From: Octopus vulgaris
Taxonomy: Eukaryota
Assembly (NCBI GenBank): GCA_951406725.2
Contig: OX597821.1
Location: 43,586,001 to 43,650,000, forward strand
Length of the DNA stretch: 64,000 nt
Reading direction: 5' to 3'
Shown: one piece after another, positions 13,311 to 27,754 of the stretch
Layout of the letters: the number at the start of each line of letters is the position of its first letter
Position numbering within the stretch: the stretch's first letter is position 1
Program-made: the position numbers and the translations under genes
Notes under the pieces: model-generated
The model's database searches: none
What the model saw: the letters and a program-made list of their open reading frames with translations, nothing else
Told to the model about the DNA's origin: nothing

Positions 13311-13744
13311 TATACATGTGTGTGTGTGTGTATATATATATGTATATACGTCTAGCACCCGTGGACATGTTTACTAAGTCAGAAAACAGCACAGCTCCCA
13401 TGACTTTCGGAAACATTTTGATGAAAGTAGCATTAATTTTCTTTGGTAGTTTAATTTACCTGACTTGATCAATAGACCAATTGAATAAACCTATCAATAA
13501 TGTACCTTTAATGATATCTGGAAACAGCTGTAAGCCAAATTTGCTCCAGTAAAAGAATTATATGTAATGACCATTATTTTAGCATGTTTCACATACATAC
13601 ATACATACATACATACATACATACATACATACATACATACATACACGAGTGAGTGGATAAATGAAAGAAAAGCACTCAACAAATTTATTGGGAGCTACAT
13701 GTATGGATCAAACTGTTTTGATTCATATATATATATGTTGTAAC

Positions 13745-14020
13745 AGTTAAAATGTTACCCAGTAGAAACTGCTGGATGACAAGGCCATCAGTGACTAAAC
13801 CAGCAGCACCACCACCGTGAGTAGAATGGTTTCTGGACATCGTGCAAAGGACTAAGGAGAGTCTGCTTCAATGACATGGCATGTGTATGCATGTACAAGT
13901 ACTTAGAATTTGTCATTTGGTACCCAGGTGCACATTTAGCCTACCAGGAAGGGCTGGATTCTAGGTCTTGGTGAAGGGAACTAACTTAGGAGATGCAGAA
14001 TTCAAATCGGAAAACCTTAA
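13745..14020 (+). mobile_element. Possible RTE 5'UTR fragment
   Basis: ctaggtcttggtgaagggaactaacttaggagatgcagaattcaaa resembles a recalled RTE 5'UTR block, also seen reversed near 57390-57440. Confidence 0.3.
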
Positions 14021-14750
14021 AGTATGCTGTTAACTGAGTTTATGGCATGCTTTATGTGTGTGTGTGTGTGTGTGTGCATGCATGTTTTCATGTGTATGTG
14101 TGAGTGTGTTTTCCCCTTGGATTGACATGTGACTACCCATTGTGGCCAAAGCATCATCATTCATACAGCATCATTTGTTTTCAATTCTTTGTGAAAGCAT
14201 GTCTGAGCTGTTTGATGTTCAGTAGACTGAGGTAAATATTAAATTACTTGGAAACAGGTGAGAGCTGGAAGACAAGAAGATCAAGTCACAGAAAAATTGC
14301 ATCTATCAAATCCACTCACAAGGCTTTAATTAGCCTGTGGTTATAGTAGAAGATACCTATCCAAGGTGTCATGCTGTTCAATACCACACAGTGGGATTGA
14401 ACACACAACCATATAACTGGGAAGTAAACTTTTTATCGAGACAACAATGTCCACATATATATCTACCATTTACCAAGGATTCCAGTCTGCAGATAACTCG
14501 AGTTTGAGGCTATCTCAGTATCTTGATTTGCTGTTTGCTAATGCAGTAACCTATATATCTGTTCTACTCTTCACCTGCACCAATCTCAGTGTTTCTGCTT
14601 ATGGATGCAATTGTTATGCATCAAGGTTATGGATGCAATTGTCCATTTTTTGAATAAGCCATGAAAATAATTGTTATAAAAACTGGAGATTATTAACACC
14701 AACCCTGAAAATCGCCTGAAAAAAGATGCTAAATGGCACTGACTTTTTCT

Positions 14751-15175
14751 CAGTGCTGGATTAAACATTAAGCAAAATAAACACATGCTTAGGGCATCAA
14801 GGAAAGGAGGGGACACCACAGAAATGTAAATAGTTTATGGCACAAAAGAAATCACATTAAACTTGTTAGAATAATATTCAGGATGCTTTCATCTCTACTA
14901 AGTATAGATGCAAATGTGTTACCTAAGATTAATTTTGAGGCTCTGGTCAAAGACTTTGCAATTTAAAAAAGTAGGAGGAAACTTTTCAAATATAAATAAA
15001 GTGGAAGTATACAAAAATAAACATTATTTTCCCTCTTGCTGTTTTGTTTCATTTTGAAAAATAAAAATATATTTTATGGTTTGTTATTGTTTCTATTTTG
15101 AATTACATAATCTTTTATGGGGGCACCAAAATCTTTTAAATGCTTAGGACCTCAATGGGTCTTAATCCGGACCTG
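14751..15175. mobile_element. hAT-type MITE, ~425 bp
   Basis: TIRs cagtgctggattaa/ttaatccggacctg, 8-bp TSD ctttttct/ctttttcc, and a second copy at 36712. Confidence 0.8.
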
Positions 15176-16779
15176 CTTTTTCCTTCTATCTTTCTCCTGA
15201 AATATAAGATATTCACTATATTTCCTAGTATACATTCTCTCCAATGCTAAATAGTAAATATCAATTTCTGTAACATGAAGCTGATAATAACTAAATTTTT
15301 TCATAGATAGAACACAGATGCTAATCTTTCCCCAATAATATTCAATAAATATGATTCCTGTTGCTGTTAGCTGATAAACTGAGATGCATAAATTAGATAT
15401 ATTGCTGTGAGATACACATATTATTCATGTTGTGAATATGAATTCGCAGTTATTGAGTTAGTGTCTTAGTGGTAACCTATTTAACTCACAGAACAATAAA
15501 TAGTTAACTGGAAATGAATATATGGGGAGGGAGAATAATATATTAGTCAAGGGCTAATATTATTTTCATTTTTCTTGCATGAATTGGTGACAATACTGGA
15601 AATGTTTTGATGTTATTCTGACCTCATTAGCAAAACGTTATCTTCACTGCACTTGCTAAAGTAATGATGAATAAATCACTAATTAAATTAGTTAAAGCAC
15701 CAGATTATACATTTATTGGCATAGGAAAATAGATTTGTTTAAAAAATAAATAATTTGGAGGTACTGCTTGTGAAAAACAATCGTAAATTTGATGTTTACA
15801 TATCTAATGATGAAAGTATTGGAAAACTAAATGTAAATAAATATATGGTGAGTTAATTTAATATAGAACATAATCACCTGTCTCTTGGCTACTCTTGAAC
15901 AGACATAGTTTTGTTCATTGTAGGTTGGACAATTATCTAAATTATGACTTTCATGAGACAAATGACAGCTGTCTGTGGCATATGTGATATTCTGTCACAA
16001 TATGACTAGATAGCTTATTGTTCTGTCTTTAAACCATAATGATTTCTATTTTATTTTCCATTTTAAAAAATAAATTTTTGTTTGCTATAGAATCTTGGTT
16101 ACATATTTACAATAAGCCAGTCATTGGTTTACTCTATGCAGACAGACAACCAAAAGTCATAATGCCATCAGGAAAAATGCTGTTAAGACAAAATACTAAG
16201 AAGATAAAATGCCAACAGGAAAACTGTCTACATTTAAAACATTTTTATTTAATAAAAATTATAAAAGAAAAAGTAATTCTTTTTAAGACTGAAAGAATGT
16301 ATACAAAAGAATAAGGTTGCCCAATAATTTGCATTTCGTAAAACTAAAGCAAAGTAATTACTGGAAATAATTGCTTTTTAAATTAAAGTGATTTATCAAA
16401 AAGAAAGTATAGATTGAGAGCCAGTGTCCTTCAGAAAACCCAAAGTTGGTTGAATTATTTGCTGTGGGTCTGTTTTTAGGACTATTAATAACACCCATGT
16501 ATATTACATATTTCTTTTACATTTCTTCACCTTACATTAGCTCCAGAGATATTTATTTTAGAATTAGAGGCAGATAAAATAAGCACTAGACTTAACATCA
16601 AACAAAGAAACAAAGTACTGGGTTTGATTTGTTTGACTGAACCCCTTCAAGGCAGTGTCCTAGCATGGTTGCAGTCCAATGATTGAAGTAAGTAAAGGGT
16701 AAAAAATAAAATATAATTAATTCAGTGTTTGCTTGCTCTAGCATGGTGGGTGGACTATCAAATTCTTTTGAAGAGAATC

Positions 16780-17930
16780 AGTTGTGTTGGGCAAATTCAA
16801 CTTAATGTATATGTAAACAGACCTTAGCTCAATTTCAAAAGCTGAGCACCTTTGAAGACAGTCTGTAATGAGGCTGAGCTATGGGATGCCTTGGCTGAAG
16901 ATGCAAAAATTTGCATTAAGGATGGAGAGCAGGTGTGGTCACCGCATGTGTAGTTCTATCTTCCGCAGTTAACATCCTTAATGAACATTGGTACACAGAT
17001 CAAGCAGAGACCTAGGCTGGGGGACTGGCAATTGGAATGCTGTCAGGCTCTTCAGTTGCTCTGAATTTTCAGTTTTAGAAACACCGTAGATTTTTATAGC
17101 AGGTTAGTGGAGATTATGTCCGAAGATACCTTGGTAGAGACCCTGGGCTATGAGGAAAATCAGTTGATCAACCTGTTCAAGAGAGCTTTCAGGCTGGGGT
17201 ATCTGGATAATTACCAGAAATCCCTGGTTTGGCAGTGCTTCTGTGCAGTGTTACCTGTTTGTGATAAACTGTCAAGGCATGGAAGTGCTATCTCGCTGAC
17301 ATGTCCAAGGTGCGGGCAGGACAGGGAAACAATTTTGCATGCATTTGTGGGGTATTCGAAATTAACAGGACTGATAGCTTTTGCAGAACAACTGTTGTCA
17401 TCGATAGGAAGAGTACAGCTATTGGCTGAATCTATCATCAAGATTGTGCCTCTGCCTTCACTTAACAGGGAGAGGAAGGCTTGCTTTTTCTGCATAGTAG
17501 CCATACTGAAAGAAGCACAATGGAAGATACATGTGAAAGGAATAGTGATGGGTACCCTTGTATCTGGCCAGGGGTTGGTCAACTTTTTAGTTACCACCTC
17601 AGCAGTAAAATCAGACTGGAGAAGAAGTACCTGTCACTAGAGAGATTCGATAAAAGATAGAAGCTTGTGGCAAGAAAGCTGGGAGTGAGTGGCACCAGGT
17701 AAGTGGAGCCCTAGAAGAAAAGCAAAGGTTCTACCCTTGTGGTCGGGTGCCTTTCCTTCAGGAGATACATTGCATGTGGCGATGTGAAATTATCGGATTT
17801 TTAATTTTTTATTGTAATTGCAATTTTTAATCACATTTCACCGTTCATTTAAAACAGAACTTTTAATCAATAAAATTTTTTCACCCTTTTATATTTGTCT
17901 GTCATTGTTTGTCCCCTCTGTATAATGCCT
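16780..17930 (+). mobile_element. Tx1/L1-like LINE 3' relic
   Basis: ORF 17107-17640 carries the zf-RVT-type knuckle CPRCGQDRETILHAF; upstream frames are broken. Confidence 0.7.
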
Positions 17931-17954
17931 GCATGGCAAATTTTTATGAAATAC

Positions 17955-18402
17955 AGAAGCTTGCTTCCCAATCACATGGTTCCAGGTTCAGTCCTACTGT
18001 GTGCCACTCTGGGTAAGCATCTTCTACTATATCCTCTGGCCGACCAAAGCTTTGTGAGTGGATTTGGTGGATGGAAACTGAAAGAAGTCCATCTTGTGTG
18101 TGTGTGTATGCATACATGTGTGTGTGTGTGCATGCATATATGTATGTATGTATGCAATCTATGTATGCATGCGTGTCTTTATGTCTGTGTTTGCCACCCC
18201 CCCCCCTCAACCCTTGAAAACTAGTGTTGGTGTGTTTGCATCCACATAACTTAATCGGTTTACAAAAAGAGACTGATAGAATAAGTATCAGGCTTATATA
18301 AAAAAACAGAAAAAGAAGTCCTGGGATCAATTTATTCAACTAAAACCCTTCAAGGTGGTGTCCCAGCATGGCCACAGTCAAATGACTGAAACAAGTAAAA
18401 GA
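17955..18402 (+). mobile_element. SINE family A copy
   Basis: Homologous to 42290-42690: ggttcagtcc B-box-like motif, internal microsatellite and gactgaaacaagtaaaaga tail. Confidence 0.85.
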
Positions 18403-19210
18403 TGTCATGGAAATCTTAAAGCTATGAAGTAATACATGATTTATTCAAAACAGCGTGAATGAATAAGCATTACATTTGACAGTAATCTGAATGCTAAAAA
18501 TTTACGCAGTTTATTGCAGTTATTTTGAAATCCATTTTGATCCTGGACAAATATTTGTCTCTTTAACATAATTGAAAATGATGTTGTCGTTTTATCTTTT
18601 AGTATTGGTGATGAGGAAATTAATGGTAAATTTTCAGTTTTAGAAACAATGACATAAGGAGCATCTTGCTGCATTTTAAGAGATGCTCATGAAAATTCTC
18701 TGTAATTCAGCCACATTGTTTTATTGATAACTCATCTAAAACACCGTTGTTGAATAAAGACAATCATCCTTACTTTCTAATAATAAAAATTTATCACCTC
18801 TAGTCATTAGTTTTAAATACTTTGTGGCATTGTTGTGTCTTCTCATTCATCAAGCATTGAGTAATAATGAGTTTTTATATGGCAATACATCACAGACACT
18901 TAAAGGTGGGTTTCTCAGGCAGTTGTTAACTACACAGAATGTTGTTGTTTCATTTCATTGTACTGTGCACTGCTTTATGTATGCAACTGACTTTAAAACA
19001 GAGAAATGACTTGGTTTAATTCATGCAAATAACTATAAAGAATCTTCTGAAATTGGCACAAGTTACAATAATTCTACATTTTCTCTTAGAACATTTCTAA
19101 TATCTCTAATAAACACAGATTTATTTATTTTCTGTCAGCAATATAAATATTGCATGCTTTAAGCAAAACCTTTTTGTCACCATTGTTCATCATCTTTATC
19201 ATCATCATCA

Positions 19211-21110
19211 TTTAATGTCCATTATCCATGCTGGCATGGGTTGGACGGTTTGACCAGGGCTGGTAAACTGGAAGTCTGCACCAGACTCCAGTCTGATTTG
19301 GCATGGTTTTCTAAAGCTGGATGCCCTTCCTAATACCAATCACTCTGAGAGTATAATCGGTACTTTTACGGGCCACTGGCACAGGTACCATTTGTGTGAC
19401 ACTGGTATCTGACATTAATGCGAGTTTGCTCAGCGTGATGAGACTTCTTAAGCATGACATAATGCCAAAGGTCTCAGTCATTGCCTCCGTGAGGCCCAAT
19501 GCTTGAAAGGAATTCAGCCACTTTGCCTCCGTAAAGCCCAACACTTGAAAAGAACTCAGCTGAGGCCCGAAGCTTGAAAGGAATTCATCCACTTTGCCTC
19601 TGTGAGGCCCAATGCTCAAATGGTGCACTTTATGTGCCACCAGCATGAGTTACATGACACCAACATAAGCCATGACTACAATTTCACTTGGCTTGACAGG
19701 TCTTCTCAAACACAGCATATCACCAAAGATCTCGGTTACTTGTCATTGCCTCTGTGAGGCTCAAAGTTTGAAGATCATGCTTCACCACTTCGTCTCATGG
19801 CTTCCTGGGTCCACCTTTACCACAGGTTCCTTCCACAGTTAGAGATCAACACTTCTTTACACAGCTGTCCTCATCCATATGTGTCACATGTCCATACTAG
19901 CACAGTTGTCTCTCTTGCACACCACATCTGATGCCTCTTATGCCTAACTTTTCCCTCAAGATGCTTACACTGTTGAACATGCACACTGGCATTGCCCATT
20001 CAGCAAAGCATACTGGCTTCATTTCTTTCAAGCCGATGCATGTCCTTGGCTGTTATAGCTCATGTTTCATTACCATGTAGCATAGTTGTTCACACACAGG
20101 CATCATACAATCTGCCTTTCACTCTGAGAGAGAGGCCATTTGTCGCTAGCAGAGGTAGGTGCTCTCTGATCTTTGCCCAGCCTAATCTTTTTCTCACAGT
20201 TGCACTGTCGGAGCATCCCCCTCCACTACTAACTTGGTCACCTAGATAATGGAAGCTATCTACTACCTCTAGCTTGTCCCTCTGGCAGTTGACGGAGTCT
20301 ATTTTCTGTACATTTTTAGCATTTATTGTACCTGTGCATCTTCCACAAGCAACAGCTAGTTTTCCCATTAGCCTTCCTTTGATATTGCTGCACCTTTTAT
20401 GTGTCCAAAGCTTACACTGGGTGCATCTTATGGAGTTTCTACCTACACCTTTTCTACAGATTGAGCAGGGCCATCTCTCTGAAGGGATTTGGGATTTGTC
20501 TGCCTTCCTACTTACTAAGACTTTGGTTTTTGCTAGGTTAACTCTAAGACCCTTGGATTCTAGACCTTGTTTCCATACCTGAAACTTCTCTAATTCTGAT
20601 AGTGATTCAACTATAAGAGCAAAGCCATTAGCATAGAGGAGCTCCAAGGGGCAGCCTGTCTGAAATTCCTCTGTTATTGCTTGGAGTATTATGATGAACA
20701 AGAGGGGTCTGAACACCGATCCTTGGTGAATCACTACTTGTATCCTGAATTCTTTGCTGTACTCATTGCCAACCCTCATGGTAGTATCTCTGTACATGAC
20801 TTATATAGCTCTCATCAAACACTCATCTATCCCTAGTTTCCACATTGACCACCAGATAAGGGATTGGGGGATTCCGTCAAAGGCTTTCCGTATGTCAACA
20901 AAAACCAAGTACAGAGGCTTATCTTTAGCTAGGTATTTCTCCTTTAGCTGTCTTACCAGAAATATATAGCATCAGTGGTGTTTCTCCATGGCACAAAACC
21001 AAACTGCATCTCATCTAGACTAACTCTCTCCCTAATTAGTTGGGATATGGCTCTCTCTGTAACTTTCATCACCTGATTGAACAATTTGATACCTCTGTTA
21101 TTATTTCCAT
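19211..21110 (-). mobile_element. RTE-clade LINE, 5'-truncated, with RT domain and 3'UTR
   Basis: ORF 20090-20797: HQGSVFRPLLFII, ELLYANG (decayed YADD), GLRVNLAKTKV, FHYLGD. Subrepeated 3'UTR and (GAT)n tail. Confidence 0.9.
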
Positions 21111-21132
21111 TTTAAAAAGAAGAAAGAATATA

Positions 21133-22385
21133 TTGGGTTGGCAACTAAGTTCCCGCAGCTTTTATAAATTTAAATTTTTAAAAAGTTTTAATAAAAAATA
21201 ACAACTAATTAATCAATAATGTATTCACCCTTGTTGTTTACAACTTCTTCCAAACATTCAACAAGATTTTCAATACCTTGTTGGTAGAATTCACCTGATT
21301 TTGACTCGAAAAATTGATCCAGCCAAGCTCTCAATTCTGCATCATTATTGAACAAAACTCCACACATAGCATTTGAAAGAGATTGAAAGAGGTAGAAATC
21401 TGTTGGTGCCAAATCAGGAGAGTACAGTGGGTGTGGCAGCACTTCCCAGCCATGCATTTGAATGGCTTCCTTGGTCATATTGGCGATATGAGGGTGGGGG
21501 CGTTGTTGTGCCGCAGAAGAACTCCAAGCTGATGATTAGGTCTTTCTCTTGAATAGCCACGTTGAGTTATTCCATCTGTTGAACATAAAGTTCCACGTGA
21601 CCGTTTGGTCCCATTCAAGCAATTCATAATTGGATAATCCCTTCTCAGTCCCACCATATGCACAACATCGTTTTACATGGATGAAGATCTTGCTTCACGT
21701 GTGGTGTCGCTTGTTTATTGGGGCTAAGCCATTCCTTATGCTGCTTCATATTCATGTACAGGCACCATATTTCGTTGCCAGTAATGATTTGGTAAAGAAA
21801 TCGTTGCTTGTGTTCATGAGTTGAGCTGTGATGAGCAAGCAAACCAGCAGAGATTGTGGCTCGTTGATTGTTGCTGTTGTCACTTAAAGCATGTAGAACC
21901 CATGCTCCATACTCCTGAAGATGCTTCTCTATAGCAGTGTGGGAGCATTCCATTTTCTCTACTAGTTCTCTTATCGTTTGATGTGAATTTTCGTACAAAA
22001 GTTGGTTTAATTACTCTTCATCGAATTAAATTGGATGACCAGAACGAGGCACGTCTTTGAGGTCAAAATGTCCATTTTTGAACTTGGCATACCAATCATG
22101 AGTGGTTCTTTCAGCTATGGCACCCTCTCCATACACAGCACAAATGTCACAAGCAGCTTTTGTGGCCTTAGAACCTTCAAAATGCTTGTTTTTCTTAACT
22201 TGACAATACATTTTAATGACCTGAACATAACAAAAATTAACTAAAATTAACTAGAAAAAAAACCAAACAAAATAGATTCCAAAATGATTCAAAAATAGAA
22301 TTCTCGAAAAAAATAGATTCCAAAATTTATAAACGCAATAAATTCTAAAATTTTAAAATCTTCAAGAACTTAGTTGCCAACCCAA
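21133..22385 (-). mobile_element. Full-length decayed mariner (DD34D)
   Basis: TA-flanked TIRs ttgggttggcaactaagttc. Motifs WVLH, ITGNEIW and YSPDLAPTDFYLF, with frameshifts. Confidence 0.9.
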
Positions 22386-22447
22386 TATTTAACTGAACCA
22401 AAGTGTAAACAAACTTCACAACAAGCTGCTCATTCTCCTCCCCCATC

Positions 22448-22628
22448 TCCCCCTCCTCCCCCTCCTCCTTCTTCTTCTTCTTCTTCTTCTTCTTCTTCTT
22501 CTTCTTCTTCTTCTTCTTCTTCTTCTTCTTCTTCTTCTTCTTCTTCTTTTTCTTCTTCTTCTTCTTCTTCTTCTTCTTCTTCTTCTTCTTCTTCTTCTTC
22601 TTCTTCTTCTTCTTCTTCTTCTTCTTCC
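22448..22628. repeat. (CTT)n microsatellite
   Basis: About 60 units. Confidence 0.95.
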
Positions 22629-23300
22629 ACATCCTTCAGGGAGTGAGAGAGAGAGAGAGACAGATAGAGAAAGAGGGAAGAGGGAGAGAAAGAGAGAGAA
22701 AAAAGAGTAGAGAGAGGAGAGAGAGAGAGGGAGAGGGTGGCAGAAAATTTATTTACCCTTGGTTCAGTTTCCATAGAGACTAAGATTTTTTCACAAATGG
22801 TAATGACAAGGTAAGTGGAATGAAATATCTACAGCCAAGAATTGAACTCTGGTTGTTGGGCTGAGAGTGCAAAGAGTTGACATTTCTACTCTATAGCACT
22901 CAATCAACAAATATAATTATTTAAGAAAAATAAATAAATACAAAACGTTCTGCTTTCTTTTTATTCATGTCTTGAGTTTGTAAGTAAAAGTCAAAGTAAT
23001 TGATTTTACAAACAACTTCTTCAGATATTATGTGTGTATGTATGTGTGTGTGTGTGTGCATGCACGTGTGAATGCGGTGTGGTGTGCTGTGTGCGTGTAT
23101 ATATATATATATATGTACATACACACACACACATACATAAATACATATATGTATGTGAGTATATGTATGTATATATGTGTGTGTGTATCTACATCTATCT
23201 ATCTATCTATCTATCTATATATATATAAAGAAATATGTATATATGAATGTATTTTTGTATATATTCATATACATACATGCATACATATATATATATTTAT

Positions 23301-23444
23301 ATATAAATACAGTGTACATTTAAACACATAAGAGGTATCCATCATAGGATTCCTGGTATGCTAGAAGGAACAGCCAAAGTCTAGCATGCCAGGAATCCTA
23401 TGACAGATACCTCTTATGTGTTTAAATGTACACTGTATTTATAT
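23301..23444. repeat. Palindrome with ~65-bp arms and a 14-nt loop
   Basis: atataaatacagtg..ggtatgctaga-aggaacagccaaag-tctagcatgcc..cactgtatttatat. Confidence 0.95.
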
Positions 23445-23598
23445 GAATAATATATAGTCTATTGACTAATTTTTCTACATGCTAGGCCATAGGTAGTAGA
23501 AATTTCTAAAATCTTTATTACCTTGATATTACTAATTATATATATTTATATATGTATATATATATATTTATATATATATTGCTAATTATATATATTTA

Positions 23599-24060
<462 letters not shown>

Positions 24061-24380
24061 TCTTTTATTCTTTTAATTGCTTCAGTCATTTGACTACGTC
24101 CATGCTGGAGCACCGCCTTTAGTTGAACAAATCAATCCCTGGACTTATTCTTTGTAAGCCTAATACTTATATTCTGTCGGTGTCTTTTGCCAAAGCACTA
24201 AGTTATGAGGACACACACACATGCATATACAATGGGCTTCTTTCAGTTTCTATCTACAAAATCCACTCACAAGGCTTTGGTCAGCCCAAGTCTATGGTAG
24301 AAGACACTTGCCCAAAGTGGCATGCAGTGGGACTGAACCCAGAACCATGTGGTTGGGAAGCAAACTTCTTACTACACAGA
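24061..24380 (-). mobile_element. SINE family A copy, internally deleted
   Basis: Reverse-complement homology to 42290-42690. Confidence 0.8.
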
Positions 24381-24385
24381 CATTC

Positions 24386-24422
<37 letters not shown>

Positions 24423-25861
24423 ATATATATACATACATATATATATGTATATGTATATATATAGATAGATAGATATATTCATACATATATAATTACATAC
24501 ATAAACAAGCACACACACGTACAAACATATACGCACATATACATATATATATATGACACATATGTATATGTTTGTTTAGTATATATAAGTGTCCTAGTAT
24601 TACTTTCATTTGATGATGTCACACACACCTCAAGAAACTTTTTGTTGAAGCTAAGTGCAATATATCTACAAAAGTTGATAAATGTCAGCTTGTTTAATGT
24701 TAAGGGTTAATTTATGTTGATAAGAAATCATATTACCATTAACAAATAAATCGTTGATCAAACTTATATTTCATTATCTGTTTTGATAATCAATCATATA
24801 AAATGTCAGGAACTCCTCTACCCCCACCCCAACACTACCAAGAGAAACAAGAGATAATTGCAAGAGATAAACAGTCTGAAAGTGTATAAAACAAACAAAC
24901 AAAAAATTAAATGAATGAGTACACCTGGATCAATCATGTGGAATTGATCAGAATGGTTGTTAGATAAAGATATATCTATCCATGAATTATGTGAAAGATG
25001 TTTTGAGATGAGGACTTGTCAAGATTATTGAAATTTATTGCAGAAACTGAATACAGTGGAATGAAACACGCATGCGCATGCACATGCACACATGTGCTTG
25101 CATGCACATACACACACATGTGCGTGCACGCACACACATGCATGCACATTTACGTACACACAGATTACAAGGCTAGATTGTGAGAAATGATAAAGATATA
25201 CAAAAGTTAACTAATCTTTAATCTATTGAGTTTGATGGAATGATTAACAAGCTGTAAGTATTTATAGTAGATATTAAATAATGAACCATAATATTGGCCT
25301 TTGATATCATCATCATCATCATCATTGTCATTATCATCATCATGGTTTATTGTCAGTGTTCAATGCTGATGTGGTCTGAGGGTCTGAGGACTGCATCATG
25401 CTTGGTATAGTATCTGCTTGGCATGGTTTCCAAGGTTGAATGCTAAACACTTTACATGTAATGGGTGTTTCATTTTATCATTGTACTGGCACGAGTGAGG
25501 TGGCCATGCAGCGTTTAAGACTAAAATTCCTTTGATCAGTGGAACTACTGTAGAGGGTAAGGTGGCTTTATATGCTAGAAGATGAGGGGTTAAATTATAA
25601 GAAAAGAGGTCAGAACAGGTTTCTTGCAATAGTGGAGCTTCATGGTTACTCACATAATTGAAGAGAAGGTAAGAGTGATTGGCACGAAACTGGAAATAGA
25701 TAAAAATCGTGGCAATGAAATGTCAGGGTGGAATTTCAAGATACATTGGGAATAGAAGTGAATGGGGTAGGAGAACAGAGAGTGAGGATGGACAGTGGTT
25801 GCAGCAGTGTATGGGAGGCTGCACATTCTTTTTTAATCAGACATCTGAGTTCTCTGGGGAT

Positions 25862-26338
25862 GCCATCATAACTATCCATCGGATAAGGGTACATCAGGCA
25901 CATGCATCACAACCATATGTGTGCAATATGGTAGTCTCATATTAAGATAAACAGCGCATGACCTTGCAGGTGGGGGCTCAGTTAGAATTTTGTTCAGATT
26001 GAGTAGCCCATCCTGCACAAAAGTTCCTGAATAAGGTTTGTTTAAGGATGTTGAACGAATCCCTCATGCTTCCAGTAGTGAATTATTCAAATCCCAAATA
26101 ATTCCTCTCAACATATGGCTATGAAGCTCCCTCACTATTTCTGCTTGTGATCAGAGATGCACATATCCTCAGTCACAAGGGACAGCTACTTAAGATAAAA
26201 CAACTGACAAGCAAATCTGTGGTACTGAGTGGAATATTTGCTGTAGCCCATCTTTTATACCAAGACAAAACAAAGTACATGATAACACTTCAAATCAGTT
26301 AAGATCAGAAGCCATGAGAGCCACTGCCTGGTACTACA
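25862..26338 (-). mobile_element. Non-coding repeat of the (TAA)n-tailed family, probably a LINE 3'UTR
   Basis: Homologous to 55620-56118, 56249-56372 and, reversed, 54030-55552. Confidence 0.65.
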
Positions 26339-26375
26339 TCATAAAATTATTATCATTATATATATTAATTTTTAG

Positions 26376-26419
<44 letters not shown>

Positions 26420-26599
26420 TATATGTATATTAATACATCGTTAAAGAGCTTCTACCTGCCCATGAGTTAGGCTGTCCCATGCCAGACACCAAACCAACAT
26501 CCAAATGCTTCATAGAGTGATTGACTATCATTCTGGTATCCGACATGGAGCAGTTCACACATACATAAAAATCACAAAAGATATGTAATTTAAAAACAT

Positions 26600-27250
26600 A
26601 GATAAGATGAGATATATAAAAAAAAAAATGTCATTAAGGTTAAGTTACTTGAGGTTGTTGACTCTTTCATCTACTTTGGAAGCTCTGTACAAAATGATGG
26701 AAATCTGGACACAGATATACATTTACAAATTCAAAAGGCAGCCCAAGCATTTGGTGGTTTGGAGTCATGCATTTGGCACCAGTGACATAAATAATTACAT
26801 AAAATTGGTTCTTTACAAATCATTTGTCTTATCATTCCTGTTGTATTCCTCTGATACATGGACCCGTTACAAAAGACCTCTCAAATTGTTAGAACAATTC
26901 CACCAAAAATACCTTTGCTGCATTTTAAACATTAAATAGAGTTTTTTTTTTTTTTTTTACACCAGATACAGATGTCTTTGCATCTGCAGACATCACTTCA
27001 ATTAAATCAATGATTCTGAAAAATCAAATGAGATGGTCTGGCCACATAGTTTAAATGGCAGATGGATGCACACCCAAACAGCTGTTTTATGGTGAACTTG
27101 CAGAAGGGAAACACAACCAGTGTTTAAAGAAGAATGTTGCGATCAATGAGAAGGTGAATCTCAGTGACCTCTTTGTGTTCACAATTTGTGACAGATCATG
27201 CCTTTCTTTTGCTGGGCTCAAATCTCATTTGTGGACCCATGAAAAACGAA
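26600..27250 (+). mobile_element. RTE LINE C-terminal relic (second family)
   Basis: YKSFVLSFLLYSSDTW..LEQFHQKYLCCILNI, RWSGHIV, PKQLFYGEL, CDRSCLSFAGLKSH. Confidence 0.8.
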
Positions 27251-27269
27251 CTGCCTCTTACTACTCTGT

Positions 27270-27487
27270 GCGACCTGTTCACTGACAAAATTCCATGTTC
27301 AGTGAACAGGTTGTGGTCTTAAAGCGACGGAAATATTTTGACAAATTAAATTTAAATGTTGAAGTGAATCTAATGGATTTTGTGTGTTTCTTAAATGGCT
27401 TATAAACACCTTCCACGCTGCAACTGTTTTCGTTCCAACACACAATCTCAGATCAGGTCACTTGCTATGCAAGTACATCTCCGTAAT
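27270..27487 (+). mobile_element. Short element with a 5' inverted end and a variant-core hammerhead-like fold
   Basis: Local inverted repeat gcgacctgttcactga/tcagtgaacaggttgt. Fold reads TCA-GTGAACA-g-GTTGT..GCGAC-GgAA-ATAT-TT-TGA. Confidence 0.5.
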
Positions 27488-27754
27488 AAATGTCTGAGTT
27501 AGTTCCAGAATATATAATGTATATAACTTCAGCATCTGATTTGTGGTACACCATGTATCTGTACAAATATTGTTTATTTGGTGGAGGGAATGAGCTCATT
27601 TTCAGCTCAAACATTTGATCACGATAAACAAATCTTCTGTACAGGTTGTTCAGAGATAAATTGTGGAATTATCTCTCCTGGACTTCAGAAACTTCCAAGT
27701 AGAAGTGAATATGATTGTTGATGTCTAGAACATAAAGAGTGTATGTAATTTACT

